DNA of 64,000 nucleotides, taken from Syntrophaceae bacterium UBA2251 (lineage in GTDB: Bacteria; Desulfobacterota; Syntrophia; Syntrophales; UBA2251). Numbering within the stretch: the first letter of the stretch is position 1; every line of letters starts with the position of its first letter. The position numbers and the translations under genes were made by a program. Of the stretch, positions 60,594 through 64,000 are shown piece after piece. Under the pieces are notes generated by a model, which had not been told where the DNA came from, made no database searches, and saw only the letters and a list, made by a program, of their open reading frames with translations. Location: contig DDXV01000003.1 in assembly GCA_002347815.1 (NCBI GenBank), positions 25,336 to 89,335 on the forward strand. Reading direction: 5' to 3'.

Positions 60594-62555
60594 TCAGTCC
60601 TCGTAGCCGATGTCCCACTGCTCGAACGGGCTGTCCTTGAGCCGCCGGGACACCGGCGTGATTTCACTGATGAAGCGGGAGGGCGCGAGGACATCGTACC
60701 CCGAGCCCCGCTGGTAGTCGAGCAGCGGATAGCTCAAATACAGCTGATCCTTTGCCCGGGTTGAAGCCACGTAGAAGAGCCGCCGCTCCTCCTCTTCCCC
60801 CTCCGGCTCCTTCAGACAGCGGGCGAGGGGGATCATCCCGTCCGCGCAGGAGATGAGGAAGACGACGGACCACTCCAGGCCTTTGGCCTGATGGATGGTG
60901 CTCAGCACCACCCTTCCCTCCCGGCCGTTTTCACGGTCGCTCTCCCCCTCCTCCGTCGTCTGGGCCAGGAGGGACAGTTCCGCCAGAAAATCCTCCAGCC
61001 CCTCGAACCGTCCGGAAAAGTTGGCCAGCTGCTCCAGGTCCTCGCGGCGCGCCGCCATGTCGGTATACTGCTGCTCGAGAAAGGCCTGATAACCGCGTTC
61101 GAGAACGACGTCGATCATCGCCGCCGGAGTCCGATCCGATACGAAGAGGGCCAGGAGGGTCCGCTGAAGGGCGGCCAGTCCCGGCTGGGCCGCCTTCGAC
61201 GCAAGCGCCGGGAATCCCGCCTCCTCGACGGCCCGCAACGGGTTCTCCCGGGCGGACAGGTAGCGCCAGACCTTGTCGGCGGTTGCTTTTCCGACCTTCG
61301 GGTAGAGCCCCAGGATACGCTTCCAGGCCGGCTCGTCCAGCGGATTGACCACCACCCGGAGGTAGGCCGTCACGTCCTTGACGTGGGCCTGCTCGAAAAA
61401 ACGGATTCCCGAGCGGATTTCGAAGGGAATGCCTCGCCGCGTGAGCTCCATCTGGACATTCATGGAGTGGTAGTGGGCCCGGTACAGGACGGCCAGCTCA
61501 TGCAGCGGGATTCCCTCCCCGACGAGTTCGAGCAAACGCTGGGCGACGAAGTTGGCCTGCTGAACGTCGCTCTTGAGCGGCACCACGATGGGCTTCAAGC
61601 CCGTCCGGCGGATCGGCCGCAGCGTCTTGGCGAACTGGTTCTCGTTGTTGACGATGCTGAGGTTCGCCAGATGGAGGATTTCCGGCGTGCTGCGGTAATT
61701 CGTCTCGAGCTTGAAGATGCGGCAATCGGGATAGCGCTCCGGGAAACGCATGATGTTGGCGAAATTCGCCCCGCGGAAGGAATAGATGCTCTGCGAATCG
61801 TCCCCCACGACCATGACGTTCCGATGGCGGGCGGCGAGCAGATCGATGATTTCCGCCTGGAGGCGGTTCGTGTCCTGATACTCGTCGACCAGGATATGGA
61901 GGAAGCGCTCGGCGTACTGTTCCGACAGGTCCGGCTGTTCGCTGAGCAGTCGACGCCAGTTCAGGAGCAGGTCGTCGAAATCCATGATATGCTCCTTCCT
62001 CTTGCGCCGGGCATACCGGGCCGCGACCTCGCCGATCTCCTGGCTCAGATGTGAAAAGAACGGATAGCGCTGAAGGATGACCTCCGCCATGTCCCGGCCG
62101 GTGTTGACGGAAAGGCTGACAATCTCGCGGATGACGTCGCCTTTCGGAAACTTCTCGCCCGTCCGACCGGCCTGCGCCTCCGCGATGCAGGCGTTGATGA
62201 GCTGTCGCGCGTCTTCGCTGTCGGCAATGGTGAAACCCGGCTCGTACCCGAGACGCGAGGCGTGTCTCCGGAGCGTCCGGTTGGCGAGATGATGGAAGGT
62301 CCCTCCCCAGAGTGGACGCAGGTCGTCTCCGACCAGCGACTGGACGCGCGCGAGCATGGAGCGGGCCGCCTTGTTCGTGAAGGTGGCCAGCATGATCCTG
62401 GCCGGCGAAACCCCCGTCTCAATCAGGCGGGCGACGCGATACGTCAGGGCGCGCGTTTTGCCGCTCCCGGCTCCGGCAATGACGAGCAGCGGTCCGTCGC
62501 CCTCCATCACGACGCGTCGCTGCTCCTCGTTCAGGGCCTGGTCATAATCGATCAT
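60594..62555 (-). CDS. UvrD/PcrA/Rep-family ATP-dependent DNA helicase
   Basis: 653 aa. SF1 motifs (AGAGSGKT, ILVDEYQDTN, VGDDSQSIYSFRGA, TIHQAKGLEW, YVASTRAK). Confidence 0.92.
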   Translation of the reverse strand: MIDYDQALNEEQRRVVMEGDGPLLVIAGAGSGKTRALTYRVARLIETGVSPARIMLATFTNKAARSMLARVQSLVGDDLRPLWGGTFHHLANRTLRRHASRLGYEPGFTIADSEDARQLINACIAEAQAGRTGEKFPKGDVIREIVSLSVNTGRDMAEVILQRYPFFSHLSQEIGEVAARYARRKRKEHIMDFDDLLLNWRRLLSEQPDLSEQYAERFLHILVDEYQDTNRLQAEIIDLLAARHRNVMVVGDDSQSIYSFRGANFANIMRFPERYPDCRIFKLETNYRSTPEILHLANLSIVNNENQFAKTLRPIRRTGLKPIVVPLKSDVQQANFVAQRLLELVGEGIPLHELAVLYRAHYHSMNVQMELTRRGIPFEIRSGIRFFEQAHVKDVTAYLRVVVNPLDEPAWKRILGLYPKVGKATADKVWRYLSARENPLRAVEEAGFPALASKAAQPGLAALQRTLLALFVSDRTPAAMIDVVLERGYQAFLEQQYTDMAARREDLEQLANFSGRFEGLEDFLAELSLLAQTTEEGESDRENGREGRVVLSTIHQAKGLEWSVVFLISCADGMIPLARCLKEPEGEEEERRLFYVASTRAKDQLYLSYPLLDYQRGSGYDVLAPSRFISEITPVSRRLKDSPFEQWDIGYED

Positions 62556-62564
62556 GGCCCGGGA

Positions 62565-63215
62565 TCACGCGCCTTTCAGGTCGAGCTTGACATTCTCGAC
62601 GGTCTCCCGGCTGTTCAGGGAGAGGAAGTTCTTGAGCAGGCCGGCCTTTTCATAATAAGCGATCAGGGGGGCGGTCTTGTCCTGGTAGGTCTTGAGGCGG
62701 TTGCCGATCGCCTCTTCGGTTTCATCGGCCCGCTGAATCACGTCGGTTCCGCATTTCCGGCACTTTCCATCCGCCGTCGGAGGATTGCTTTTGACGTTGT
62801 AGATCTCCTGGCAGTCGGGATTCGCGCAGGTCCGCCGCGTGGTCAGTCTGTCCATGATCACATCCCGGGGCACTTCGAGGTTCACGACGAAATCGAGACG
62901 GTGGCCGAGCTTCGCGAGCAGGACCTGGAGATCCTCCGCCTGCGGGATCGTGCGGGGAAACCCGTCCAGGATGAATCCCCGGCCGCAGTCTTCGCCCTGG
63001 AGACGAACTTCCATCATCTTCATGATCAGCGCGTCCGGAACCAGATCGCCCCGATCCATATAGGCCTTGGCCTCTTTTCCCAGATCGGAGCCCTCCCTGA
63101 CGGCCGCGCGCAGGATGTCGCCCGTCGAGATCTGGACGGATCCGTCATGCTCCGTCAAAAGTTTGGCCACCGTGCCTTTTCCGGCGCCCGGTGCGCCCAA
63201 AAGAATGATCTTCAT
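62565..63215 (-). CDS. adk: adenylate kinase (long form with Cys4 zinc lid)
   Basis: 216 aa. P-loop GAPGAGKGT. Lid CANPDC...CRKCG. Confidence 0.96.
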   Translation of the reverse strand: MKIILLGAPGAGKGTVAKLLTEHDGSVQISTGDILRAAVREGSDLGKEAKAYMDRGDLVPDALIMKMMEVRLQGEDCGRGFILDGFPRTIPQAEDLQVLLAKLGHRLDFVVNLEVPRDVIMDRLTTRRTCANPDCQEIYNVKSNPPTADGKCRKCGTDVIQRADETEEAIGNRLKTYQDKTAPLIAYYEKAGLLKNFLSLNSRETVENVKLDLKGA

Positions 63216-63384
63216 GTTGTCCTCCTCGTTTCTATTAGGAACACGTTCCCCAGCAGCTCAATTAGATAGCTTGAGTGGTATTGTAGCCGGCTTCTTACTT
63301 CCTCCACCATGGAAGACAAAACCGCTGGGTATTGTTGGGGAGTAAAGTTATAGCCAGCTTTTACACATAGGGATTCCAACTTAC

Positions 63385-63858
63385 CTAATAATCCGCCAGC
63401 CGGAACAAGTGATGCTTAGCGGTGTTCGCACCAAAAGAAATAAGTTGCTCGTTCTTTAGAAGAAAACAGATATCTTTATCTACGTCGGGACACCAAAAGG
63501 AAAAAGAAACCTCTTTATCTGCCCAGGTTTCGAGCGCAGACAGTGCAGAGCGTAGTCCTGATAATTCAGCCTCACAATCGTAGCGTCCGCAAAACCAACG
63601 AAGCCATTTTAGCAAAGACCAATTTGGGTATTTTTGATTGATGTAGGCGCTTCTCGGATCCTCAGCGAAGATTTCAACAGCAAGAATCAGGAATAAATTG
63701 AAGGTTGAACGCGTATGAAAAAGGACTGATTGCTCAGGCGCTGTGCCACCAACCGAGTAAAGTTCAGGCCCAATTAGCTCCGCAAGAACGCTATGCGTCT
63801 CGTGCAGCAATACAACTTCCAAATCTCCTTCCGATTGTATCGACGCTACACTTGGCAT
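63385..63858 (-). CDS. orphan hypothetical protein in a low-GC patch (possibly frameshifted)
   Basis: 157-aa ORF with SD AAAGGAGG. No family recognised. A second open frame (63415-63216) continues from its 3' end in another frame. Confidence 0.45.
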   Translation of the reverse strand: MPSVASIQSEGDLEVVLLHETHSVLAELIGPELYSVGGTAPEQSVLFHTRSTFNLFLILAVEIFAEDPRSAYINQKYPNWSLLKWLRWFCGRYDCEAELSGLRSALSALETWADKEVSFSFWCPDVDKDICFLLKNEQLISFGANTAKHHLFRLADY

Positions 63859-63887
63859 TCTTTGCCTCCTTTGGGCTAACGCAGAAG

Positions 63888-63946
63888 TGAGGGGCGCACC
63901 AATGACCTTACCTATAAAGCCGCCGAGATTATTTCGCGTCCCCTCA
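63888..63946. repeat. imperfect inverted repeat TGAGGGGCGC ... GCGTCCCCTCA, about 38-nt spacer
   Basis: Read directly. Lies upstream of the orphan ORF and directly after a possible stop of an upstream minus-strand gene that runs off the window. Confidence 0.6.
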
Positions 63947-64000
63947 ACTGACTTGTTGGGCCGTTGAATTATTCATGTGAACTGCTTCCGCATGTAACTT

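Overview
This is a GC-rich bacterial chromosomal segment. Gene content looks like an anaerobic deltaproteobacterium or Thermodesulfobacteriota member, but that is inference only. It is densely packed with housekeeping genes on both strands. In order they are: tRNA-Leu, tig-clpP-clpX-lon, tRNA-Val and tRNA-Asp, a radical SAM gene, corC-lnt-prfB, and an MltD-like transglycosylase. Next come ybeY-phoH plus an M20 peptidase and a B12-type radical SAM gene, a MerR-like regulator, dtd, guaB and dnaE. Then cbpA, iorAB, a hom/apgM-like/ybgC string, recG, purMN, pfk, rpmB and recJ. Then a LivKGHMF-type ABC importer interleaved with two CoA ligases, a sigma54 two-component pair and comEC. Finally hisS-aspS, a LeuA/NifV-family synthase, uvrD/pcrA and adk. 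I saw no CRISPR array, transposase, integrase, prophage or recognisable defence module.

The strongest non-obvious signal is at 49.5-49.76 kb on the minus strand. A 23-codon mini-ORF with a strong Shine-Dalgarno sequence and a PFFVFFSF run is followed by two tandem intrinsic terminators whose arms can re-pair in a chain. This looks like a phenylalanine-sensing leader-peptide attenuator in front of the transporter/CoA-ligase operon.

Other points worth a second look:
- the prfB +1 frameshift site
- an in-frame TGA splitting a B12-type radical SAM gene
- a MerR-HTH fused to a degenerate cyclase-homology domain, behind an AT-rich repeat-bearing intergenic island
- a cytoplasmic synthase with a C-terminal Cache-like domain
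- an apgM-like gene next to hom
- a low-GC orphan locus upstream of adk

Start codons were chosen by eye from SD spacing and N-terminal homology and may be off by a few codons. No folding energies or database searches could be run.
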